DNA from: Squalus acanthias
Lineage: Eukaryota
Assembly: GCA_030390025.1 (NCBI GenBank)
Contig: CM059438.1
Span: 70,806,001-70,870,000, forward strand
Length of the DNA: 64,000 bases
Direction: 5' to 3'
The notes beneath the pieces were generated by a model. It saw only the letters and a list, made by a program, of their open reading frames with translations, was not told where the DNA came from and ran no database searches. Every line of letters starts with the position of its first letter. The first letter of the stretch is position 1. Positions 51,620 through 62,270 of this stretch are shown in pieces. The position numbers and the translations under genes were made by a program.

Positions 51620-53098
51620 AGTTACACACCATCCTGACTTGGAAATACATTGCCATTCCTTCATCAGCACTGGGTCAAAATCCTGGAACTCCCTCCTTAA
51701 CAGCACTGTGGGAGTACCTTCACCACAAGGACTCCAGCGGTTCAAGAAGGTGGCTCACCACCACCTTCTCAAGGGCAATTAGGGATGGGCAATAAATGGG
51801 CGACGCCCATATCCCAGGACACATTTTTTTTAAAGTTCTTCCCTGTGATTTTTGGTGCAACAATGCCCCATTTCCGCTGGGCGAGTGACCTTTAAATCTC
51901 CCCCTGTACCCTTAGATTACTGCCAGAGGATATCCACTAGCGAGATTATAAAATGAGTCAGTTCTCCAGATATTTGTATTTTTCTTTGTGTTTTGGGTGT
52001 AAGGGTTTCTGTATACATTGCCTACCTATTTGCCTAAATATAGTTACATTAAAAAAAAACAAATATTGATCCTTTAGATATCTTTATAAGCATTTTGGAG
52101 CACTGTCTTTTTCAGTCATTTTTCTTACGCTTCTTTAATTTAATTTTAATAAGTTCAGAGGAGCCATTTTCCTGTTTTGCAAAACAAGAAGGTGGTGATG
52201 CTCACTCTGAGTAACATCAGTACAGGCTAGAAATGTATTAATGTGCAAGCAGTTTAAGAGGTTTGTTTGCTTCCCATTTTGTGTTACCTTATGCCATCTT
52301 ACCACCCATCTCCCGCCATCTCCATTCTTCATCTTGCCAGTGCCAGTGACTAATTCGCAAGTATGCCCAAATCATGTGCTTTCATTCTTCAAGGAAATTT
52401 GCGCTACACCAAAGCACAAGGCTTTCTCCCTGTGACTACAAACAGGCTGACGAAAATGCACTTCCTTATACAGCTTTTGTTACCATGTATTTACCCTGAT
52501 CAAGCAATAACTTTAAGACACCTTCTAACCAAAGCCTCTTCTTGTCCTCTCATTTTTCACCTTGTTTGGAAAAAGAGACATGTTAGCTTCTTGTTTAGCA
52601 CAGTGAGGATATCCTAAAGCTCTAAAAATATTATTTATGAGGGCTCAGAATAATGACAGGTTGTTATTTAATAGATGATGTTCGAAATCATGAGAGCTAC
52701 GCTCGAGTGATCTATAAGTGTCATCTGATCGAAGTACAGTTGTCGTATTTTTTTGTAATCTCGAATAACTTGATTTCTAATGTTTTAACAAGAGCGATAT
52801 TAATAATGGTTAGAAGTGACAGCAAAACTGAAATTGTGAGGTTGTAGTGATAGCCTCATTGGATAACGGTGTTGCGGGGCAATTCTCAGGAGCTTATTCT
52901 AAAGACAATTATGATGGAGCTGGGAAGCAAAATTACCGGGCCACAGAGACCACAGTACACGTTACAATACTTAGTATAATTTAATAACCATACAGTTACA
53001 TTTAGTATTATAATACATGCACGAATATCTCACCTTTACAGCCTCCGTGTGGATCTCCCTCAGACTCTTACCTGCCATGTGCGCTCTTATTGTTTCAG

Positions 53099-53199
53099 GT
53101 TTACGCTGTATGCTTTGGACAGTAGAGGGAGACGCTCTGAGCCAACCACAGTCACCATGAGAACCTCCTGCCCACTGATTGATGACATCAAGGCAGAAG
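53099..53199 (+). CDS. ASTN2: Astrotactin-2 internal coding exon (101 nt; end of the fibronectin type III domain): FTLYALDSRGRRSEPTTVTMRTSCPLIDDIKAE
   Basis: Acceptor ...ctcttattgtttcag| at 53098 and donor |gtaagt at 53200. The peptide matches recalled vertebrate ASTN2 (FTLYAVDTRGRHSELSTVTLRTACPLVDDNKAE) better than ASTN1 (FTLWGVDNTGRRS...). It ends in phase 1 (G|), which joins the next exon in frame. Confidence 0.92.
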
Positions 53200-53309
53200 G
53201 TAAGTTGTTTTTCTCAATTTTTTTGAAGCAGACCCTTTTGATGAGCTGTACTATTTTCTGGCTGATATTGGTGTACGGTTCCAGTGTATGAGTGTCACAA
53301 TACCAACCC

Positions 53310-53917
53310 AACCTGCATGCCAGGCAGTGCATCCGAGCAAACCAAGGAGTGACTCACCTCCTGACTTCCCCAAAGCCCTTCCACCATCTACAAGGCACAA
53401 GTAAGGAGTGTGATGGAATACTCTCCACTTGCCTGGATGAGTGCAGCTCCAACAACACTCAAGAAGCTCAATACCATCCAGGACAAAGCAGCCCGCTTGA
53501 TTTGCACCCCATCCACCACCTTAAACATTTACTCCCTCCACCAGCAGCGCACCGTGGCTGCAGTGTGTACCATCTACAAGATGCACTGCAGCAACTCGCC
53601 AAAACGTCTTTGACAGCACCTCCCAAACCCGCGCCCTCTACCACCTTGAGGGATAAGGACAGCAGGTGCATGGGAACATCACCATCTGCAAGTTCCCCCT
53701 CCAAGTCACACACCATCCTGACTTCACCATTCCTTCATCATCGCTGGGTTAAAATACTGGAACTCCCTACCTAACAGCACTGTGGGAGTACCTTCAACAC
53801 ACTGATTGCAGCAGTTCAAGAAGGCAGCTCACCACCACCTTCTCAAGGGCAATTAGGGATGGGCAATAAATGCTGGCCTCGCCAGCAACGCCCACATCCT
53901 GTGAATGAATAAAAAAT
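53310..53917 (+). mobile_element. Family B LINE 3' fragment
   Basis: MEYSPLAWMSAAPTTLKKL; same 3' end as the 14975 copy. Confidence 0.9.
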
Positions 53918-53939
53918 ATGTTATTGGGTTGTTTTCTTT

Positions 53940-54282
53940 ATATAGAATTTACAGCACAGAAACAGAATTTATAGCACAGAAACAGACCATTCAGTCCAAC
54001 TGGTCCATGTCAGTGTTTATGCTCCACACGAGCCTCCTCCCACCCTACTTCATCTAACCCGATCAGCATAACCTTCTGTGCCTTTCTCCTTCATGTACTT
54101 ATCTAGCTTCCGCTTAAATGCATCTATGCTATTTGCCTCAACTACTCCATGTGGTAGCGAGTTCCACATTCTAACCACTGGGTAAAGAAGATTCTCCTGA
54201 ATTCCCTATTGGAATAATCAGTGATTATCTTAGATTTTTGGCCCCTAGTTTTGGTCACCCGCACATGTGGAAACATCTTCCT
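53940..54282 (-). mobile_element. CR1 LINE 3' fragment (another subfamily)
   Basis: gagttccacattctaaccact..ggtaaagaag encodes FFT..VVRMWNS on the minus strand; tail matches the insert at ~58791-58915. Confidence 0.75.
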
Positions 54283-54480
54283 TAAGATTTTAAATGATTT
54301 TCCCCTTAAAATTGATGATCTTTCTTTTTTTTTAAAGTAAAAAGCTTTATTCTAACGACTGGTGAAACTTTATTGTAGCTGCTTTGTCTTTCTGTTTTTT
54401 TTTATCTTCTTTGTTTAATTCCTGTTTCTTTTGAACTTAATATTTTCTTTTTCTGTTTTCACATTCCCTTTTGATTCAAT

Positions 54481-55183
54481 GGACCGTATTTTCCGATCGG
54501 AGGCTACCCGCATGCGGAAGCCTCCAATCTGGAAAAAATCTACGCACTTACCTGAGGGCTCCCGAGGTGCGTATAGTTCCGATGCTGGGCCTCACCAACG
54601 TGCGCAGGGCCCACGTGTCCCAGAGGCGCATGCGGTTTGTCAGCGTCCCTGGGATCACGTGGGCCATGGGGAGCCAATCAAAGAAGGGAATCTCCCTTCA
54701 TACAATTGACAGATAGACCTGTCAAATATATGAATGGAGATCACCCCAAAAGCATAGTAAAACTTTAAATACATTTTTAAAAACCATCACATTTTTAAAA
54801 TGATTTGAAATTACAATAAATTTAATATTTTAAACAAATATTTAAATTTTTGAAAAAAATATATAAAGTTAAATACGGGGCTAAAAATAAACTTATCTTT
54901 TTTTAAGTATTTTTAAATGATAAACCTGTGAAAAATTTTGGTTTTTTACTTTTTTCAACTCTTATCCTGGTAAAAGCAGGCCTTACACCTGCTTTTACCA
55001 GGCGTAAGATTTCTAAGGGTTTTCTGCGGGCGGAGGGTCTCCAAAAAGCGGAAATATCCGCCCGCAGAGGTCCTTCTCTAGGGCAGGCGGAGAATTCTTG
55101 ACAGATCGGAAATTCCGATTTTCAGCGCATGCCTGAAACTGGCATTTCCGATGTCCCTACGGGTGGGTACACAGCGCATACAC
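54481..55183. mobile_element. Harbinger-type MITE, inverted copy of 9912-10677 lacking one terminus
   Basis: ggaccgtattttccgatcggaggc.. is the reverse complement of the 10677 end; homology runs through the AT-rich core. Confidence 0.88.
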
Positions 55184-55860
55184 ATGATATTTTTCGTACT
55201 GTTATCGCTTTTAACCTGACACCAACTCCAGACAAAGGTACCTGGGGTATTGCTAGAAGCAACTTCACTGAATGGGAAACCATCAGAATTATTAAACTGC
55301 TTTAACTTGTAGAAATACAACTAATTAGATGGTTTTTTTGGGGGGCGGGCGGAAGTATAAGTAAACATTATTTTCATCCTTTCCTTTCTTTGATTTTTCT
55401 CAAGTGGCAACAGCTTTTTTGTTGAAAACTTAGGTGAAAGGCCTAGACTGATCGTGCAGAACACCAGAAAGTTGGCTGGAGAGAAAATTAAGTAAATCAG
55501 GAAGTATTGATAAGGCGATGAGACAGAGTGGGCAGTTAAACTGATTACTGGAGCTGGGAAAGAGTTTATGAAGCTTTTTGTTTTTTTAGGCAGTTTGGGG
55601 AGCGGAAGAGAGGGCACTATAGCTTAGTAATCACATCAGAACCCTGGAGCACGCTTGCAGCAATTATCAATGTCTTTGCGACTTAAGATGGGTAGCAATC
55701 TGATCGCTCCAGTGTTTTTGTCTGACAGAGAGTTAGGAAATGTGTAGGAATGGTTGAGGTAACCAGCACTCCAGATTTGCCCTCCCCCACCCCCCCCCAT
55801 GAAAATGTCCCATTTCCTCCTGCATCATCACCCACCCCCTCCGATGGCAGGAATGAGATA

Positions 55861-56060
55861 AAGAAAGAAAAAGAAAGAAAGACTTACATTTATATAGCGC
55901 CTTTCACAACCACTGGACGTCCCAAAGTGCTTTACAGCCAACAAAGTACTTTTTGAAGTGTAGTCACTGTTGTAATGTAGGAAACGCGGCAGCCAATCTG
56001 CGCACAGCAAGCTCCCACAAACAGCAATGTGATAATGACCAGATAATCTGTTTTTGTTAT
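55861..56060 (-). mobile_element. Deu-type SINE 3' fragment
   Basis: (gaaa)n gacttacatttatatagcgcctttcac. Confidence 0.85.
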
Positions 56061-57380
56061 AGATAGGGAACTAATTGTGCGAGGAATCTCCCAACATCAC
56101 CTGTTATCAAGACTTGGCTCTTCAAATCAACGTTAACCCTATTTCTGCACAAGCACCAGGTTTAGTTCTGGTTCTAGCTTATTCAGATGAAACATTTAAT
56201 CATAACATTTTGAAAATGGGATGAATTATTTACAATTCATTTTAATAATCCTAACCTTAAAACAGGTGAAATGAGCCAAAAGCTTACTTATTTCAGAATG
56301 GCAGTGTCGTTGGGGGCAGAGATGTATTGTGGAACAAGTAGTCTTGTGTCACTTAATCCCTCCCTCCTGTCTATAAAGTTCATTGAAGGTCAAAGGTTGC
56401 AAATTAGACTCATTCAGAATAGTTTCCTTGAAAGAAAATACCCCCTGAAGTTGAAAATTGATGAGCCTCCATAAATACCACAACTGAACAGACGATATCT
56501 TTGTCACACTGTAAATCTTCTTCATAACTAACCCATTGACTTAAAATCTATGTAGTAAAGTCTTATCTAACAATTTCACAGACTGATTTGTGAGGTTATT
56601 TGATTTAAGCCAGACTCTTCCCAGGAATTGTTACATTTAGGTATTTTCAAAAGAGGGCAGCTAGTCATTTATCATCCCTACTGCTTGGTGTCTTCAAGAC
56701 ACTTGTCTAAAGAGGCTGTGAAAGAAAGTAACCATATCACATGAAACTGACAGGCTGTTTTGCCTTGATACTCCCTCACCATTCTCACCAAATACAAGTT
56801 AAAAGTGCTATTTGGATTTTGTAACTCTTTTAAAGTTAACGGCTCCAAATCATTTAATCGTTTTCATCATTTTAACGGTGCAAGATTGGCGCAGCCTAAT
56901 CTTCAGGCCTTTTCCCAATACCATTTGCCCCAGCATTGATGCACCCCAGTTCCCAATCCATGCTTGGGCCCCCTCACAATCTGCCCGCTCAGTCTCCAAA
57001 GAATGAATTTACCTGAGTTAAAATCAAGACCAGTGGCTGTGGAAGTTACCCTTGCAATGCAGAAGGTGTAAAGTAGAGTCATATAAGCGTACCCATCGTC
57101 CGTGAAGGCAGAGTCTGGCAGAAGTGAGGAGGATTTGAGCCGGCAGAGTGCAGAAATTGTGAAAACTGATTACAGGAGCTGGGAAAGAGTGTTTGAAGCT
57201 TTTGGGGGGGGCTTTTTTTAATCTAAGCAGTATTAGACCTGCTTCTGACTGCTTGTGGGACTGTAAGACCACAGGGATATTTTTTTCCGCGCCCACAGTG
57301 AGAGGTTTTGAGAAGCAGGTAGGGCATTCCTTCATTTGCCATTATAATGGAGGGGGAGAGGGAGTCGCAGAAGAAGAATA

Positions 57381-57662
57381 AAGGGTCGGCCATTTAGGAC
57401 TGAGATGAGGAGAAATTTCTTCACGCAGAGGGTGGTGAATCTTTGGAATTCTCTACCCCAGAGGGCTGTGGATGCTCAGTCGTTGAGTGTATTCAAGGCT
57501 GAGATCGATAGATTTTTGGGGCAGTAAGGGAATCAAAGGATATGGGGATAGGGCGGGTAAATGGAGTTGATGTAGAAGTGCAGCCATGATCTTACTGAAT
57601 GGCGAAGCAGGCTCGATGGGCTGTATGGCCTACTCTTGCTCCTAATTCTTATGTTCTTATGT
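57381..57662 (+). mobile_element. CR1 LINE 3' tail
   Basis: FRTEMRRNFFTQRVVNLWNSLP coding sequence; tail ttcttatgttcttatg. Confidence 0.9.
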
Positions 57663-57883
57663 AAGATGGAAGAAAGGAGCACGAGGAAAGTTGTGTGCCC
57701 TAAAGCGTGAAGACCTGTGGCCAAGGCCATCTGCCTGGACAGTTTTGCCTGTGTCTATGAAGGTCATAAGTGCATTCAACGTTTATGCCACTGGATCATT
57801 TCAGGCAGCTACAGAAAGATCTGTGTAATATCAGACAGGGTGCTGTCCAGGCATGTATTCATTGGGTAACTGATACACTATTC

Positions 57884-58545
57884 CATAGAAATATAGAAGA
57901 TAGGAGCAGGAGCAGGACATTCAGCCCCTCGAGCCTGCTCCGCCATTCAATGCGATCATGGCTGATCATCCAAATTCAGTACCCTGTCCCTGCCTTCTCC
58001 CCATATCCCTTGCTCCCTTTAGCTTTAAGAAATATATCCAACTCCTTCTTGAATATATTTAATGAATTGGCCTCTACTGCCTTCTGTGGTAGAGAATTCC
58101 ACAGGTTCACCACTCTCTGGGTGAAGAAATTCCTCCTCATCTCAGTCCTAAATGGCTTACCCCTTATCCTTAGACTGTGACCCCTGGTTCTGGACTCCCT
58201 GACCATCGGGAACATCCTTCCTGCATCTAGTCTGTCTAGTCCTGTTAGAATTTTATAAGTTTCAATGAGATCCCCTCTCATTCTTCTAAACTCCAGCGAG
58301 TATAAGCCCAATCGACCCAATCTCTCCTCATACGTCATTCCTGCCATCCCAGGTATCAGCCTGGTGAATCTTCGCTGCACTCCCTCTATGGCAAGAACAT
58401 CCTTCCTCAGATAAGGCGACCAAGACTGCACACAATACTCAAGCTGTGGTCTCACCAAGGCCCTGTACAACTGCAGCAAGACATCCTTGTTCCTGTACTT
58501 GAACCCTTTCGCTACGAAGGCCAACATACCATTTGCCTTCTTAAG
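57884..58545 (-). mobile_element. CR1 LINE 3' fragment
   Basis: 190-aa ORF with KANGMLAF..LVRPQLEYCVQSWSP. Confidence 0.93.
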
Positions 58546-58736
58546 CAAAAAATTAGGAAATTCAGCTCGATTGGCATCTCAGGAAGGCAGCAGTTTCATG
58601 GCAGGGTGCAACAGATGGCACCCACTTTGCTTTGCAGACTCCTACAGTTAATCGTCTTAACTTTCTGACCAGAAAGGGCTGCCACTTGCTCAATGCCCAG
58701 ATTGTGTGTGACAACATGCAAGCAATCCATCGAAAC

Positions 58737-59070
58737 AAAAGCAAAATACTGCGGATGCTGGAAATCTGAAATAAAAAGAGAAAATGCTGGGTAGATAGAA
58801 GGTTATGCTGATGGGGTTCAACGAAAATGGATGGAAGAAGGCTCGTGTGGAGCATAAACACCGGCATGGAACAGTTGGGCCAAATGGGCTGTTTCTGTGC
58901 TGTACATTGCATGTAACACTTAGCAGGTCAGGCAGCTTTTGTGGAGAGAGAAACAGAGTTAACATTCCAGTGCTGATGAAAGGTCATCGACCTGAAACGT
59001 TAACTCTGCATCTCTTTCCACAGACGCTGCCTGACTTGCTGAGTGTTTCCAGCATTTTCTGTTTTTATTG
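58737..59070. mobile_element. Penelope-derived inverted-repeat element with a hammerhead-like core (CR1 tail inserted at ~58791-58915)
   Basis: Arms gaaaatgctgg..aacacttagcaggtcaggcagc..gtgga..cagagttaac / gttaactctg..tccacagacgctgcctgacttgctgagtgtttccagcattttc. CTGATGA-A-AGGTC-atc-GACCT-GAAACGTT at 58973-59001. Confidence 0.78.
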
Positions 59071-59335
59071 CAAACAATCCATGTTTGCTCTTGTCCTGCA
59101 TAGTTGTTGCTTGTTGTACCCTGTACAACTTGGTCATCGAAGAAGGACTGGGCGTGTATATTCCTGAGGCGGTGACCCTAGCTGCTTTTGAGGCAGAACA
59201 ACATGAAGGAGAGCATCAGGATGACTGTTACTCTGAGAATTACATAGAACATACAGCACAGAAACAAGCCATTCGACCCAACAATTCCTCACTGTCTGCT
59301 GCAATGGGCATCAAAGCACAGCGTATCAATTAAGT

Positions 59336-59544
59336 AGCCATGATGTGGAGATGCCGGTGTTGGACTGGGGTGGACAAAAGTGAGAAGTCACACAACACCA
59401 GGTTATAGTCCAACAGCTTTATTTGAAATCACAAGCTTTCAGAGCGCTGCTCCTTCGTCAGGACGAAGGAGCAGCGCTCCGAAAGCTTGTGATTTCAAAT
59501 AAAGCTGTTGGACTATAACCTGGTGTTGTGCGACTTCTCACTTT
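59336..59544. mobile_element. Young Penelope-like element terminal-repeat insertion forming a long palindrome
   Basis: 12-bp TSD tatcaattaagt (59324-59335 and 59545-59556); 84-bp arms; minus-strand CTGACGA-A-GGAGC-agc-GCTCT-GAAAGCTT. Confidence 0.85.
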
Positions 59545-59724
59545 TATCAATTAAGTGTTCTCATCTGTTTAACACAGTCTACCTTTGTCATCACTCTCAA
59601 ACCTCCTTCTCCCACACCTGCAAATAAATAACAAATCCTTCACTCCAATACGCATCCTGGAACCTCACATGACATCACATCCCTACAAGGCCAAGAAGAT
59701 CTTAATTATCTGATTGAGGTCTGC

Positions 59725-60178
59725 ACAAAAACGTCCCAAAGTGCTTTACAACCAATTAAGTTTTTTTTTTAAGTGTAGTCACTGTTGTAATGTAATAAAC
59801 ACGGCAGCCAATTTACGCACAGCAATGTCCCACAAACAGCAATGAGATAAATGACCAGATCATTGTTGGGCAACACCAGGTTATATAGTTGGACTATAAC
59901 CTGGTGTTGTGCAACTTCTCACATTTGTCCACCCCAGTCCAACACCGGCATCTCCACATCACAGATCATTGTTGGTTGAGGGATAAATATTAGACAGGAC
60001 TCACCTGCTCTTCTTTGAAAAGTGCTGTGGGGTCTTTTACGGTCCACTTGAAAGGGCAGACGGGGCCTCGGTTTAACATCTCATCCAAAAGGTGGCACCT
60101 TCAACAGGGCAGCACTGCCTTAGCACTGCACTGGAGCGTCAGCCTCGATTTTGTGCTCAGGTCTCCAGAGTGGGGCTT
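59725..60178 (-). mobile_element. Deu-type SINE, interrupted by a Penelope-like fragment
   Basis: gcagacggggcctcggtttaacatctcatcc is the reverse complement of the Deu core. Confidence 0.8.
59870..59961. mobile_element. Short Penelope-like fragment, same family as 59336 in the opposite orientation
   Basis: 14-bp TSD cagatcattgttgg; short inverted head caacaccaggttata/tataacctggtgttg. Confidence 0.85.
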
Positions 60179-60424
60179 TTAGAAGTTTACTAAACACCAA
60201 AGAAAATACTTGGTCGCTTTACAGGGTCAATCCTTGTCGTGCAAATTGTGCCCTAATATGGCAGTACTTGCCACCACCAAGTAAACTAATCAGCAGCCCT
60301 CACAGCCCAACGTTAGCTGGATGAGGAAATTAGCACTCAGAGGGTTGATGTGCGAGTGGATTTTTTACACTAGTTTTGCGATAGGACTTCAAAGCTGTTT
60401 CTAACGCTCATTTGTTTAATGCAG

Positions 60425-60608
60425 AAATAGCAGAGGTTATCTACAGCCTATTTAATGGCTACACCAGTGGGAAAGAGCAGCAAACCGCCTACAACATGCT
60501 GATGGAGATCTCCTCCCCTATGGTTTACCGAGTGATACATCACTATAACTCTCATTATGAAAAATTTGGTGACTTTGGGTGGCGCAGTGAAGATGAACTC
60601 GGTCCAAG
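60425..60608 (+). CDS. ASTN2: Astrotactin-2 internal coding exon (184 nt; C-terminal annexin-like region): [62 protein letters not shown]
   Basis: Acceptor tttgtttaatgcag| at 60424 and donor |gtaacc at 60609. G|AA completes Glu with the previous exon. [10 protein letters not shown] and [24 protein letters not shown] are astrotactin motifs, the second in its ASTN2 form. Confidence 0.93.
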
Positions 60609-61414
60609 GTAACCTGTTTCCTAATTAACAATGTGTTTTTTTTAACAATGTGTTTCCGGTGTCAGGCCTATAACACACATTAAAAATGCACGCCAGATAT
60701 CCTTTCAGAAAATGTACTGCTGTACTTGGTCTGAGATGCTGGATGAATGAATTGCAGCTCCTAAAATCATGAACGTAAACGTGTGCAGTTTCTCAAGCGC
60801 CAGCTCCTCTGCTGCAACCCATCACCACATTGCAGTGTGCATCGACAGTAGCTGACAGACCGTGGCGTGCCACATGTGACTGCCACAGCCATGGAGCCCC
60901 AGATAAAGTGGTTAATGCCGCATCAGTTAATACTGCTGAAAGGGAGCTGAACGAACATCTGGCTAAGAGCAGGCTCCAGGGTTACAGATGGAGATAATCA
61001 TATGCTGTGTGAAATATCATGGTTCCCACTGTAGGAAATGTTGTGGTAGAGGACATATGATAAAGGAAAGAAGATTTAATAGATATTCCGAAGGTTTGTT
61101 TCGTTACCATTTGGAGGGGCATTGGGGAATCCACATGCAATTTTTCCCAACTTTTTGTTTGAAAGCGTTTAACTTTCACTATCTTTTTGCTGATTGCAGA
61201 CTGCTTCCCAGCCTCTCACTTATCCTGCTTCAGTAAGCCTGGTTGGAATTGACAGAAAAAATGTTTAAATAATTCATAGTCAGCCATCTCATGCAAATAG
61301 GACACCTGTCGGAATCAGAGGTGGTGTTGGTACACTCGAGAGTTCAGCAATCAGTTGCGTAGTTTGCTTCCTTTCCATCCCCGAACCCCAATGTACATCC
61401 TTTGTATTTCCCTG

Positions 61415-62270
61415 TCAGGTTGCCCTCATTGTTCACTTGGTAGGTGCGCTATCTTGGGTGGAACTGAACCGTACAGACAAACCAGGAAGATCCCAGTTTC
61501 GATGCCTGGGTTTTGCTTAGTTAGCTAATCACTAGCAGGGCTTCTAGAAGTGATTTCAAAAGATCAGTCAGAGGTTCTGATACCAGCTGTATCCAGTCGC
61601 CCATGTTGGATACTGCACATATGTGAATGTCAGGCGAGCAGAATGATACCGGGGCTAAACGGGTTAAATTATGAGGACAGGTTGCAAAGACGAGGCCTGT
61701 GTTCCCTTGAGTATAGAAGATTAAGGGGTGATTTAACTGAGGTGTTTAAGCTGATTAAAGGAGTTGATAGGGTAGATAGAGAGAAATTATTTCCTCTGGT
61801 GGGGGAGTCCAGAACAAGGGGGCATAACAAAGGTATTAAGGGATATGGGGAAAAGGCGGGTTTATGGAGTTAGGTCACAGATCAGCCATGATCTCATTGA
61901 ATGGCGGAACAGGCTCAAGGGGCTGAATGGCCGACTCCTGTTCCTATGTTCCTAGAATCTTAAAATTAGAGCTAGGCCGTTCAGGGGTGTTGTCAGGAAG
62001 CACTCAGAGTAGTGGAAATCTGGAACTCTCTCCCCCAAAAAACTGTTGAGGCCAGGTCAATTGACGATTTCAAATCTTGAGATTGATAGACTTTCATTAC
62101 GCAAGGGTATGGAGGGTTACGGAACCAAGGTGGGTAGATGGAGTTAAAATACAGATCAGCCATGACAGGCTCGAGGGGCTGAATGGCCTACTCCTGTTCC
62201 TAGCATAGGAATAAGCTCAGCTGTGATGTCCCCCATGGCGAAGTAGCCTATCTACACTCACATGCGACAA
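61415..62270 (+). mobile_element. AmnSINE2/LmeSINE2-like SINE split by CR1 sequence
   Basis: accaggaagatcccagtttcgat..gttagctaatc..tatccagt..|CR1|..gctcagctgtgatgtccccc. Confidence 0.5.
61640..62202 (+). mobile_element. CR1 3' fragment with a second CR1 tail nested at ~61828-61953
   Basis: RMIPGLNGLNYEDRL..RRLRGDLTEVFK; two tails ending ctcctgttcct. The host resumes at tcttaaaattagagctagg. Confidence 0.85.

Larger units (their letters stand above)
44745..51832 (+). mobile_element. Family B CR1-group LINE with a tRNA-derived head; internally deleted and split by an LTR element and a CR1
   Basis: A-box tggcatagtgg (44746), stem ctgga/tccag, B-box gagttgaaatccc (44806). AP-endonuclease starts ~45172 (LLTNIWGL..K..PDIAIL; YRPPS; GELNVHH; PTRG) and resumes at 50223 (LVLTN..GSSDH). 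Family B 3' end at 51620-51832. Confidence 0.8.
44195..51904. mobile_element. Harbinger-type MITE split into 44195-44740 and ~51835-51904 by nested insertions
   Basis: Left end ggagtagattttt and right end tttaaatctccccc; GC-rich body like the other MITEs. Pairing the two halves is an inference. Confidence 0.5.
1..53098 (+). other. ASTN2: ASTN2 intron, partial, >53 kb (5' end outside the window)
   Basis: Ends at the acceptor of the 53099 exon. I did not find the expected preceding exon (...SFADDLL...CLEPDGLYK-like) by eye; a diverged copy could have been missed. Confidence 0.7.
53200..60424 (+). other. ASTN2: ASTN2 intron, 7225 nt, GT-AG, phase 1
   Basis: gtaagt...aatgcag between two exons that join in frame (KAE|EIA). 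Confidence 0.9.

Noticed and set aside
1..53098. Nested antisense gene such as TRIM32, which lies in an ASTN2 intron in mammals
   Set aside because: No long single-exon RING/B-box/NHL ORF on either strand; all ORFs over 150 aa are repeat-derived.
53049..53291. 80-aa and 66-aa (60412-60612) ORFs as stand-alone small genes
   Set aside because: Only the splice-site-bounded parts are ASTN2-like; the flanks are intron read-through.
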